Source of the DNA: Actinomycetes bacterium
GTDB taxonomy: Bacteria; Auribacterota; JAJCYG01
NCBI GenBank assembly: GCA_029263055.1
Contig: JAJCYG010000002.1
Coordinates: 21,362-85,361, forward strand
Direction: 5' to 3'
Length of the DNA: 64,000 nt
The translations under genes and the position numbers were made by a program. The notes under the pieces are model-generated. The model was not told the DNA's origin, did not search any database, and saw only the letters and a program-made list of their open reading frames with translations. The first letter of the stretch is position 1. Every line of letters begins with the position of its first letter. This document shows, piece by piece, positions 34,685 through 43,900 of the stretch.

Positions 34685-34760
34685 GAGATCCTTCGCCTTT
34701 GGCTCAGGATGACGCATGACAGCCAAAAGCGACGTCATCCTGAGCAAAGCGAAGGATCTC
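34685..34760. terminator. 76-nt long inverted repeat (GAGATCCTTCGCCTTTGGCTCAGGATGACG ... CGTCATCCTGAGCAAAGCGAAGGATCTC)
   Basis: Arms of about 28-30 nt with a few mismatches and an approximately 17-nt loop. It sits between convergent genes and ends 1 nt before the stop of 34762-35709. Confidence 0.6.
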
Positions 34761-34761
34761 T

Positions 34762-35709
34762 CTAAATAGACACTTTCTCTCTTTTTCCAATAATCATTTT
34801 GTTGATCACACTATTTTGTCTTAGAGTCACTTCATCCCAAATAATGGTGTTTGTGATCTGAGTATTTTTACCTACCTTACATTGGTTACCTAAAATCACA
34901 TTAGGTCCAATCACCGAGCCTGGTTTGATTTGACATTTCTTGCCTATCCAGACAGGAACTATAAATTTGACTCCAGTTACTTTCGGGAGTTTGGCTTTTT
35001 CTTTTTTTAGCAATTCCATATTGGCTTTGAAATATTCTTTAGGGTTTCCGCATTCGCGCCAAAAGCCGCGAAAAGGATAGCCTAAGATATTTTCTTTGGT
35101 ATGAAGTTTGGGATAGGCGACTCGATTAATATTTGAAAATTCAGAGGCAGGGGGCAAGTAATCAAATATTTCAGGTTCTAAGACATGAACTCCCGTAAAC
35201 ATAAGATTGCGTATAGCTGTTCCGTTTATATTGGGTTTTCCTAAGAACTGTCGAATCCGGTATTGTTTGTCGATTCCTATGGCACCATATTGGTGAACAT
35301 TTTTATCTTGGCGTAAAACCATGGTGGCAAATGCTTTTTTCTGACGGTGAAACTGTAAAATACGACTAAAGTTGAGATTGAGTAACACATCGCCATTGAT
35401 CAAAAAGAAAGTAGAGTCCTTTAATAGCGGCTCTGCTTTTTTAAGTCCTCCACCCGAACCTAATATCGTTTTTTCAAAAGAGTAATGGATTTTAAGGCCA
35501 AACTGTTTGCCTGTCCCTAGCTGACCTTTAATCTTTTTGGGAAGGTGATGCAGGTTAATCACCACTTCAGTCACTCCTGCTTGCTTGAGATTGTCTAGTA
35601 CATAGGCAAGAAGAGGTCTGCCTAAAATAGGTAGTACAGGTTTTGGGAGTTCTTTAGTTAAAGGTAAAAGTCGTGTGCCAAAGCCAGCAGCTAGAATCAT
35701 TGCTTTCAT
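34762..35709 (-). CDS. Sugar-1-phosphate nucleotidyltransferase with C-terminal left-handed beta-helix (MurU/GCD1-like)
   Basis: 315 aa. N-terminal MILAAGFGTRLLPLTKELPKPVLPI signature, and hexapeptide-repeat-like C-terminus. It lies 3 nt downstream of the kinase gene. Confidence 0.75.
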   Translation of the reverse strand: MKAMILAAGFGTRLLPLTKELPKPVLPILGRPLLAYVLDNLKQAGVTEVVINLHHLPKKIKGQLGTGKQFGLKIHYSFEKTILGSGGGLKKAEPLLKDSTFFLINGDVLLNLNFSRILQFHRQKKAFATMVLRQDKNVHQYGAIGIDKQYRIRQFLGKPNINGTAIRNLMFTGVHVLEPEIFDYLPPASEFSNINRVAYPKLHTKENILGYPFRGFWRECGNPKEYFKANMELLKKEKAKLPKVTGVKFIVPVWIGKKCQIKPGSVIGPNVILGNQCKVGKNTQITNTIIWDEVTLRQNSVINKMIIGKREKVSI

Positions 35710-35712
35710 GTT

Positions 35713-36723
35713 CTAAATCTCACTGCGAGCAAAGCGAAGTAAAGCAATCTCAGAATTCATTAGAGGCTCTAATATTTCTTTTATATCATTAAGTTCAGGG
35801 TATTTTTCTAACACAGTGAGTGCCAGATCAAACACTCGGGGCAAGTAAGGTAAATAGCTTGTCTTTCCTTTTTTTACTCCCATGTAGCCAAACGTACCCC
35901 CTGCTTTTAGCACGCGTTGTAACAACATCCAGTCGAGCTCTTTTTCAGAGGTTTCTTTGTGTTCTGAATAAAAGTTTTCAGTGAGGGCTTTTTCAATTGA
36001 ACGGGGCAGGGTGACATAAGTATCAAATACAAGACTGACAAAATCATATGTTGAAGGTCCCATTCGCGCATCTTGAAAATCAATGACTCGAAGGGTGTTG
36101 TCCTGAACAAACAAATTACGAGAGTGATAATCTCTATGAGCTAAATAGCGAGGCTGTTTAGACAAAAATTGAGCTATTTTTAAAAAGGCATCATCTAAGA
36201 CCTTTTCTTCTTTTGGATTGAATGAGAGATTAAGATAGTCTATTAATGTATTTTGTTTAAAAAATTGAAGCTCCCAATTTAGTTTTTCTGTGTCAAAAGC
36301 CAAATCAAATGCCACGCACTTTTTACTAGAAGGTGCGAATTGCATTTTAAAAAGTTCTTCTAAAGCTTGATTGTAAAAGTTGAGAATTTGTTTTTCGGAT
36401 TGACCTTGAATGGCATTTTGCAACAAGTTGTCGCTGCAATCTTCTAATAAAATAGTTTGATTCTTTTTGTCGTAGTGATAAATCTCTGGAACCTGTACCT
36501 CTATTTTTTTCAAATAACGCTGCACATTGATAAAATCAGGTTCTCCTGATTTAGGGACTTCTGGCATCCACATGAGAATGGCTGTGCGATAGGGGACTTT
36601 TTCTGGAAGGTTGACTCTCCAATATTGCCGAGTCGAGGCATCTCCAGCCAAAGGGTTGAGTGCGACATCTGTTGCAGCAATCTTAAAGAATTGGGCTAGT
36701 GAGGTTTGAAAATGTTCAATCAT
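35713..36723 (-). CDS. Aminoglycoside-phosphotransferase-fold sugar kinase (AmgK-like)
   Basis: 336 aa. APH-fold catalytic loop YLAHRDYHSRNLFV and a downstream VIDFQDARMGP (DFQ/DxD) motif. It is operonic with the nucleotidyltransferase. Confidence 0.7.
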   Translation of the reverse strand: MIEHFQTSLAQFFKIAATDVALNPLAGDASTRQYWRVNLPEKVPYRTAILMWMPEVPKSGEPDFINVQRYLKKIEVQVPEIYHYDKKNQTILLEDCSDNLLQNAIQGQSEKQILNFYNQALEELFKMQFAPSSKKCVAFDLAFDTEKLNWELQFFKQNTLIDYLNLSFNPKEEKVLDDAFLKIAQFLSKQPRYLAHRDYHSRNLFVQDNTLRVIDFQDARMGPSTYDFVSLVFDTYVTLPRSIEKALTENFYSEHKETSEKELDWMLLQRVLKAGGTFGYMGVKKGKTSYLPYLPRVFDLALTVLEKYPELNDIKEILEPLMNSEIALLRFARSEI

Positions 36724-36778
36724 GATACTTATTGTACTAATTTTGTCTTATTAAGTGCTATATTAATAAAAGAAAATC

Positions 36779-38464
36779 ATGAAAGAAGAATCTGACTGGG
36801 ACATTCAACACGAGATCGAAGCCTTTATAGAGCGAAAAGCTCCCTCCACGCTTCATTATAATCTTTCTGCTGAAGCCTTGTTTCAAAAAGCAATCCGCCG
36901 TAAAGAAGGGGAAGAGACTTCCACTGGAGCTTTTCGTGCGGTTGATTTACCGGTTAATCGCCGGGGTCGTTCGCCCAAAGACAAGTTTTTTGTCAAAGAT
37001 TCCAAATCTAAAGAAGCGCGAAACATTCATTGGGGGCCTAACCAACCCATTGAGCGCGATTGTTTTGAAAAGATTAAGAAAAAACTCTTTGCGCATTTAG
37101 CTGAGCAAAAAGAACTCTTTGTCTTTGATGGGTATGCTGGTGCACATCCTCAGCACCGCATCAAACTCCGTGTCATTAATTCTGTTGCTTGGCAAAACTT
37201 AACCGCGCATCATCTTTTTATTCGTCCAGAAAAAGGAGTGGTGCCCAAGCATGCTCCGCCCGAGCTTACTTTGGTGAGTGCCCCTAATCTTCATTTAGAT
37301 GGAGAAAAAGATGGCGTGCATTCAGATGCCGCCATGCTGATTGATATTAAGAACCAACTGATTCTTATTGTAGGAGCTCCTTATGATGGAGAAATGAAGA
37401 AGTCGGTTTTTACTTATTTGAATTACCTTTATATGGAAGCAGATGGAGTGCTCCCGATGCATGCTTCTGCAAGCCTTGCAGAAAATGGAGAGTGCGTGAT
37501 CTTTTGTGGGCTTTCAGGTACAGGAAAGTCGACCTTATCTGCTCGTAATTTAACCATGGTTGCCGACGATGAATTAGGCTGGGACCAAGAGCAAGGGGTT
37601 TATAACTTTGAAGGAGGCGTCTTTCCTAAAACAGAAGGCTTAGATGAAAAACAAGAGCCAGAACTCTTTCACGGAATTTGTGACACAGCTGTAGTTCAAA
37701 ATGTCCCTTTTGCTTTAATGAAAAACGGAGAACTTCAAAAGAAAAAAGGAAAACCAGTATTAGATTACAAAAACCCTTATCTTAATGAAGAAGAAAAAGA
37801 ACACAATATAGTCACATCAAATGGAAGAGTGGTGGTTCCATTAACACATCTTCCTAAAGCAGTACAAAGTGGATTAGGGGGTAAGCCAAAAGTTCTTTTC
37901 TTTTTAACCATGGATGCATGGGGTGTGTTGCCGCCCATTTCAATTATTAAAGATCCTAAAATGATTAAGTATCTCTTTTTGTCAGGCTACACAGCTAAAG
38001 CCCCAGGAACAGAAGTAGGGGAAGCCAGCTTAGAACCTAGTGCCACCTTTAGTTCGCTTTTTGGCGAACCTTTTTTTCCGCGCCCTTATATTGCCTATGC
38101 TGACCGTTTAATGGAGCACATCAAAACAGAAAAGGTGGCGGTTTACTTACTAAACACAGGCTGGAGTGGCGGCAAATATGGAGTGGGCAAGCGGATGAAC
38201 TTAAACAAAATAACCATTCCTTTACGAGATGCTGCCATCAATCAAACTTTAGACATCACCTCTAAAAACTTAACCGAGCACTCTATATTCAAAGGATTAT
38301 GGATGCCCAAAGAGGTTCCAGGTATCACGGATCCTTTCATCTTAAATCCCAAATCCTCTTGGCCTAAAGACAAACAAAGCCAATACAACGATATTGCCCA
38401 TTCCCTAGTCCACCGCTTCCAAGCCAATGCCAAAAACAAAGAATTTTCAGAACTCATTCCTTAA
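36779..38464 (+). CDS. pckA: Phosphoenolpyruvate carboxykinase (ATP), leaderless
   Basis: 561 aa. Motifs: GRSPKDKFFV, kinase-1a P-loop GLSGTGKSTLSA near nt 37509, and LLNTGWSGG. Confidence 0.9.
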   Translation: MKEESDWDIQHEIEAFIERKAPSTLHYNLSAEALFQKAIRRKEGEETSTGAFRAVDLPVNRRGRSPKDKFFVKDSKSKEARNIHWGPNQPIERDCFEKIKKKLFAHLAEQKELFVFDGYAGAHPQHRIKLRVINSVAWQNLTAHHLFIRPEKGVVPKHAPPELTLVSAPNLHLDGEKDGVHSDAAMLIDIKNQLILIVGAPYDGEMKKSVFTYLNYLYMEADGVLPMHASASLAENGECVIFCGLSGTGKSTLSARNLTMVADDELGWDQEQGVYNFEGGVFPKTEGLDEKQEPELFHGICDTAVVQNVPFALMKNGELQKKKGKPVLDYKNPYLNEEEKEHNIVTSNGRVVVPLTHLPKAVQSGLGGKPKVLFFLTMDAWGVLPPISIIKDPKMIKYLFLSGYTAKAPGTEVGEASLEPSATFSSLFGEPFFPRPYIAYADRLMEHIKTEKVAVYLLNTGWSGGKYGVGKRMNLNKITIPLRDAAINQTLDITSKNLTEHSIFKGLWMPKEVPGITDPFILNPKSSWPKDKQSQYNDIAHSLVHRFQANAKNKEFSELIP

Positions 38465-38538
38465 GAACAGCTTGCTCTGATTGTTCTCTCTTGAAAAAAA
38501 GTGCTTTTTTTGTTATATTATTTGTCTATTTTATTTAA

Positions 38539-40719
38539 ATGCAGATAGTTATGATTAAAAAAATAACCCTACTTATCACTCTTTTTTTAGCCACTCAGCA
38601 GGCAGTCATGCAACCTGTGAGCAGGATTTTTTTCTATAAAAATTTACAACCTACCAGTCAGATCAAGGAAATTTCAAAAAAAATTAAAAGAAAACCAAAA
38701 GAAATAAAGCCAATCACGATTAGATGGGAACAGTTACTCGGCAAGTCTTTGCCTGAACGAGTGACTCTTTTAAGGGAAAACATGAATCACACCTATCTTA
38801 CTTTAGCTGATGAAATACTTATTGGCTGGCGAACGCTCTCTCGTTTTGAAAAAGGGGGGACTGTGAATCACACAACAATAAAAAAGATCCTTGGTTATTT
38901 TAAACGTATCGGAGTCAATGAAAACTGGTTGTATGGATTTACTTTAAAGAATGAAGACTTAGTTGGAAAGACCTTTCGAGAAAGGGTAAAACTACTTCGA
39001 GAAAATCTTGGATGGAGTTATTTAAAAATGGCAGAGGTTGCCATTGTTGATGAAGGTACAGTCCGCCGAATTGAAAATCTAGAAGATGATTTTATTCCTT
39101 CACCCTTAACAAAAAATAAATTTATTTCAGCATTTAAAAAATATGGAGCTCCTGATCATTGGTTTATCGATGAAGTGACTCTTTCTGCAGAGGATTTTGT
39201 TGGAAAAACATTTGGACAAAAAGTAGAAATGGTTAGAAAAAACTTATGCTGGGAGAAACAAGTTTTAGCACGTGAATTGTCGATTCATCACGCAACTATT
39301 TCGGGTGTAGAGAATGAACATAAACATTATACCCCGAGTAAAGAAATGGTGAAAAAGTTTGTTGATTTGTTTGTTTTGTATGGAGCAGAAGAAGAGTGGT
39401 TTGAAGATGATGGGCGTTTTGAAAGGGTCTATAAAAAGATTAAAGAAACGAGGGGTAGTTTAAAAAAAGAGGACATTATTGGCTTTAGGTTTGGACTTAA
39501 AATATTATTGCTTCGCACTTATTTGGGTTTGAAGCAGGGTGATGTTGCAAGCGATTTACAAATGAGTACTCAAACAGTATGTTTATTTGAAAAAGGTGTT
39601 CAGAAATATAAATGGAGAAAATCGACTTTGCTGAAATTAGTTCGTTATTTCGGTGAAAAAGGAATCCCTGAAGAATGGGTGGTTCATGATATGCGCATTC
39701 CTGGCATTACCCCGTATAAAGTAAGATATCTTTTTGAGCGTTTTGACTGTGATTTGAAGGAATTTGCTGAGCTGGTTGGCTTAAATGAAAAACATTTAAA
39801 AAAGATCCTTGATTTAAAAGGGGAGATAACGCGAAAAACAGAATTGAAATTATTAAAAGCATTTGAACATTATCACGCAATGCATTTACTTGAATTAAGA
39901 GAAGTGACTTTAACAAAAGAATTTTTGGAGGGAAGGTCCATTGGCCAGAGAATTAAATTTTTACGTTTGAATTTAGATTGGACTTACGAACAATTCTTCG
40001 AGGCTATTCAAAAAAAGGTTTCTATTGGAACCTTGCGCAATATTGAAAGTGGTCGGACAAAAAGAATTCAAAGAGATAAACTGATTTCTATTCTTTCGGC
40101 ATTTAAGGATTATGGAGTGACAGAGGATTGGTTTTATGACTCTTTAAGGGAAGAAGATATTAAGGGGCTCTCTTTTAAGAAGCAAATAAATATCTTTCGA
40201 AATAAATTGAAGCTTACTCTGTCTGAATTAGCTTCTAAAGCTAGAATTGGCGAATCTGCTTTACGAAAAATAAATGCTCAAACATTGCGTTCAACTAAAG
40301 AGAAGCTTATTGATGTCTTTTTGCCTTTTGGTGCAAGAAAAGAATGGTTTGAAGGTTTTGATGGGGTTGAAGAATTAGGTGGAAGAAGAGTCAAAGCGAT
40401 TCATTTAGAAAAAGAAGAAGTGTCAGCGCTTGAGTTTCATGAACGAATAAGAGTTATAAGAGAAGCAATAGGATTGAGTCGATCAGAATTAGCCGAGTTG
40501 GCAGGATTGACCAAGACAACACTAAATAGTATAGAAACAAGACCTCTTAAAAGGGCGATGATCACAACATACAAAAACTTAGGTTTGATATTAACTGTAT
40601 TTGCACACTATGGAGTGACTTCTGATTGGTTTGAAGATTTGAAGGTTTTTAAACCTATTCTTTTTTCCGAGCATGTTAAATCAGTCCCTTTGCCCAATTT
40701 ATTTGAAATAGCAATATAA
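38539..40719 (+). CDS. Leader-tagged protein of eight tandem XRE-type helix-turn-helix modules
   Basis: 726 aa. About eight units of 75-80 aa, each of the form [F-x-x-R/K-hydrophobic-x-x-hydrophobic-R...G/W-S/T...L-A...T-hydrophobic-x-x-hydrophobic-E], followed by a [YF]G-x4-W[FLV] tail (YGAPDHWF, YGAEEEWF, YGVTEDWF, FGARKEWF, YGVTSDWF...). Leader MIKKITLLITLFLATQQAVMQPVSRIFFYKNLQPTS; C-terminus ...LFEIAI. Confidence 0.65.
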   Translation: MQIVMIKKITLLITLFLATQQAVMQPVSRIFFYKNLQPTSQIKEISKKIKRKPKEIKPITIRWEQLLGKSLPERVTLLRENMNHTYLTLADEILIGWRTLSRFEKGGTVNHTTIKKILGYFKRIGVNENWLYGFTLKNEDLVGKTFRERVKLLRENLGWSYLKMAEVAIVDEGTVRRIENLEDDFIPSPLTKNKFISAFKKYGAPDHWFIDEVTLSAEDFVGKTFGQKVEMVRKNLCWEKQVLARELSIHHATISGVENEHKHYTPSKEMVKKFVDLFVLYGAEEEWFEDDGRFERVYKKIKETRGSLKKEDIIGFRFGLKILLLRTYLGLKQGDVASDLQMSTQTVCLFEKGVQKYKWRKSTLLKLVRYFGEKGIPEEWVVHDMRIPGITPYKVRYLFERFDCDLKEFAELVGLNEKHLKKILDLKGEITRKTELKLLKAFEHYHAMHLLELREVTLTKEFLEGRSIGQRIKFLRLNLDWTYEQFFEAIQKKVSIGTLRNIESGRTKRIQRDKLISILSAFKDYGVTEDWFYDSLREEDIKGLSFKKQINIFRNKLKLTLSELASKARIGESALRKINAQTLRSTKEKLIDVFLPFGARKEWFEGFDGVEELGGRRVKAIHLEKEEVSALEFHERIRVIREAIGLSRSELAELAGLTKTTLNSIETRPLKRAMITTYKNLGLILTVFAHYGVTSDWFEDLKVFKPILFSEHVKSVPLPNLFEIAI

Positions 40720-40939
40720 TTTGTAAGGTATAAGTATTTATATCAAGGTTGTTTAGGGTATATATCTTGTCTGATGTCGTCGTGGCTTCTCTTGCCTTTT
40801 TATTCTAAAAGGTTTAAATTACCCATTCTTTCTTAACGATTATGAGAATAAAAAACTGCATATCTTCTCAGTCTTATCGTCACCAATTTAGTCCTGCAAG
40901 ACCTTTCTATCTATTTACCTTTAAAAGGAGGAGTTGTTT

Positions 40940-43900
40940 ATGTTGCGCATCATAAGTGGAGTGGTTTCGTTTTTGTTTTTGTTTCAATCGGTGATTACGG
41001 TTGATTTGCAGTTAGCCTCTTTAAAGGGGTTAAATCGGTTTTTAGCTCCTCCTGCTGAATTGCCGGTTCAACCTCCTAAACGAGAAATTATTTCAGCTCC
41101 TGTAGCGGATCTTAATTTTGAAGCAACACAGATTGAAGATTCTAAAGGAAGACCGACTGTTCAAGTGACGATTACTTATAAAGGTATTTCTGTTGTTGGA
41201 GCGGTTCCTGCAGGAACGTCTACAGGGGATGATGAAGCCAACACATTACCAACTGAGCAAGCAATCACAGCCCTTCGAGATGTGATTTTTTCTGGAATTA
41301 AAGAAATGGATTTAGATTTAAGCAATCACAAAGACCTTATTCAAATCGAAGAGTGGTTGATTGCTAATGCGGGCGAAAATTTTAAAACTTGGGGGGCTAA
41401 TGCCACGGTTCCTTTATCATGGGCGTTGTGGGAAATGGCTGCCAAGCTAAATAGTTTGGAACTTGATGAATACTTTGCTGGGTTTGTTCCTGAAACAGCA
41501 GGGGCGCCGGGAAGTGTTCGTTTTTATATGAACATCTACAACGGTGGTGAGCATGCGCGTCAAGAGGGTGAAGAGTTAGGCAAAGATCGTATTGATATTC
41601 AAGAGATCATGATTGTTCCTGACGATTCATTTCCTTATGAAGAGCAGCTCGCTATTGGAGATAAAGTTGACCAAGAATTAAAAGCCATTTTGATCGAAGC
41701 TGATGCCGGTGAAATTAGTCGCGGAAACGAGTCTGGGTTTACGGTTAAAGGAATCGGTGACAGTGATGTGGCTATAGGACATGTCTTTGAAGCCATCAAA
41801 CGAGCTGGGTATACGCCTGGAGCCGATGTGAAGCTTGCCTTGGATGTGGCTGCCAGTGAGTTCTATGATCGTGATGCAGGTGTTTACAACTTTCGTGGAG
41901 AAAAACTCAGTTCAGAGCAAATGGTTACTTACTATGCTGACTTAGTTGAGACTTATGCTGGAATGTTTCTTTCTATTGAAGATGGAATGGATCAAAACGA
42001 TTGGGAAGGTTGGAAACTTTTTAAAGAAGTGATGGCCAATCAGAATGTTGAAACAATCGGAGATGATCTCTTTGTGACCCAACAAGGACGTTTGCAAAAA
42101 GGGATTGATGAAAACTCCGCCAGTTCTATTTTAATTAAAGTGAATCAAAATGGTTCTGTTTTAGGAACGTTAAAAGTCATTCGTCAAGCCATTGGTGCCA
42201 ACATGAGCTTTGTGATCTCGCACCGCTCAGGTGAAACGTTGCACACAGGAATTGCTGATTTAGCTGAAGCAACCGGAGCACTTGGTTTGAAAACAGGAGA
42301 TCCACAACCACCAGCAGATACTGAATATTTCGGTGATCCTTCTCAACAAGTCCGTCGCGTGAAGTACGAACGCATGGTTACGATTCAAGAACGCAAAGCA
42401 GCCAAAGATGCGCGTGCAAAAGCAAGATTGAAAAAACAGCTAACATTGCTTGGTCTTGATGTTGAGGATACAACCTTGTATCACAACGCACCGATTCGTC
42501 AACTCTTTGATATTGCGGAGTTAAATGGTGAAGGGCGTCGTACAGCAACAGGTGCTTTTTTGGTTAATCCAACAAATAAGCTCGACCGTGGACGTCGAAA
42601 AAAACACCGTTATGTGGTGCAAGTTAAAGGGAGTGAAGCCGATCAAAATATGGGATGGCATACTGAAGATAAACCTTCTCCAAATAAACCGATCACACCA
42701 GAACATTACAAAAGAATTAAAGCCAAAGTGGTCAAACATCTTTCTGATCGTGGAGAGCTTTTTGTTGGAGATTATCTTTCAGCAAGACATGAAGGATATC
42801 AAAAGCGTGTTCGTTACATCGGTGAAAAAGCGTTCCAAGCTGTGGGGGTTCGCCACCTTTTTGTGCGACCAGAAGCTGAAAACCAAGTGGGTGATTTAGG
42901 CCCTGCAGATTTTACTATTTTAACCGCTCCTGATTATAAGATTGAGCGAGAAGATCGTATGCCGCATCAAAAAGATGGTGAAGCTGATTACGCCATGATT
43001 ATTGTCGATGTGGAAAATGGGTTGGTCATCATTACTGGAACCAACTACATTGGTGAAAATAAAAAATCAATCTTTGCCTTGATGAACTATGTGTTTGGTT
43101 TGACTGAAGGAACGGTTTCAACTCACTCTTCAGCTGGGCAATCAGAGACAACTGGAAATGTAGGCGTTTGGAAAGGGTTGTCTGGAACCGGTAAATCTTC
43201 TCTTTCAGCTAAAGATGGAGTTGAGAGTTTTTCTGATGATGAAACCACGATCTGGATTGAGCCTAAGACCTATAAAGAAATTCGTTCTGCAATGGAATCT
43301 GGAGCAACATTACCTGATGACTTGGTTCAAGGGGTTTTAAGTGGGGAGCTCGCAGGTATCTTTGATATTGAAGGGGGACTTTTTCCTAAAACATGGGAGC
43401 TGACTCCAGAAAAAGAGGGACGTCTGTACCGTGCTAGTCGTTCGTATCCAGCCATTCTTCAAAATGTGCCGACTGTTCGTGAAGGGGATGAAGAAGTTTT
43501 AGTTGATGGTCGGCCGATTCCTGATTTTATGGCCCACCATTTGCATGGAGAAGATATTGTTATTGCCAATGGTCGTGCAACGTTCCCACGTGAAAGTATG
43601 CCTGATACACCTCAAGATGGTTTAGGTGGACCGCCTAACGTGATGTTTTATTTGACCCAAGATCGCATGGGCGTGCTGCCTCCTGTGTCAGTTATTAAAT
43701 CTGCTGAAGATGCGCAGTTTTTAAATCTGTTAGGTTACACAGCAACAGCTGCAGGTACTGAGCAAGGGGCAAAACCAGGTGCGACTTACAGTCCATTATT
43801 TGGAGACCCATTTTTTCCGGGTCCATTTGAATTGTATGCACGTAAAGAGACTGAAATTATTGGGGCATTAAACTATGTTCGCAATCAAGCAGGTCTGAAG

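Noticed and set aside
40783-40795. Sigma54-like TGGCTTCTCTTGC upstream of the enolase-PEPCK gene
   Set aside because: The GG-to-GC spacing is 8 nt instead of the required 10, so it does not fit a -24/-12 promoter.
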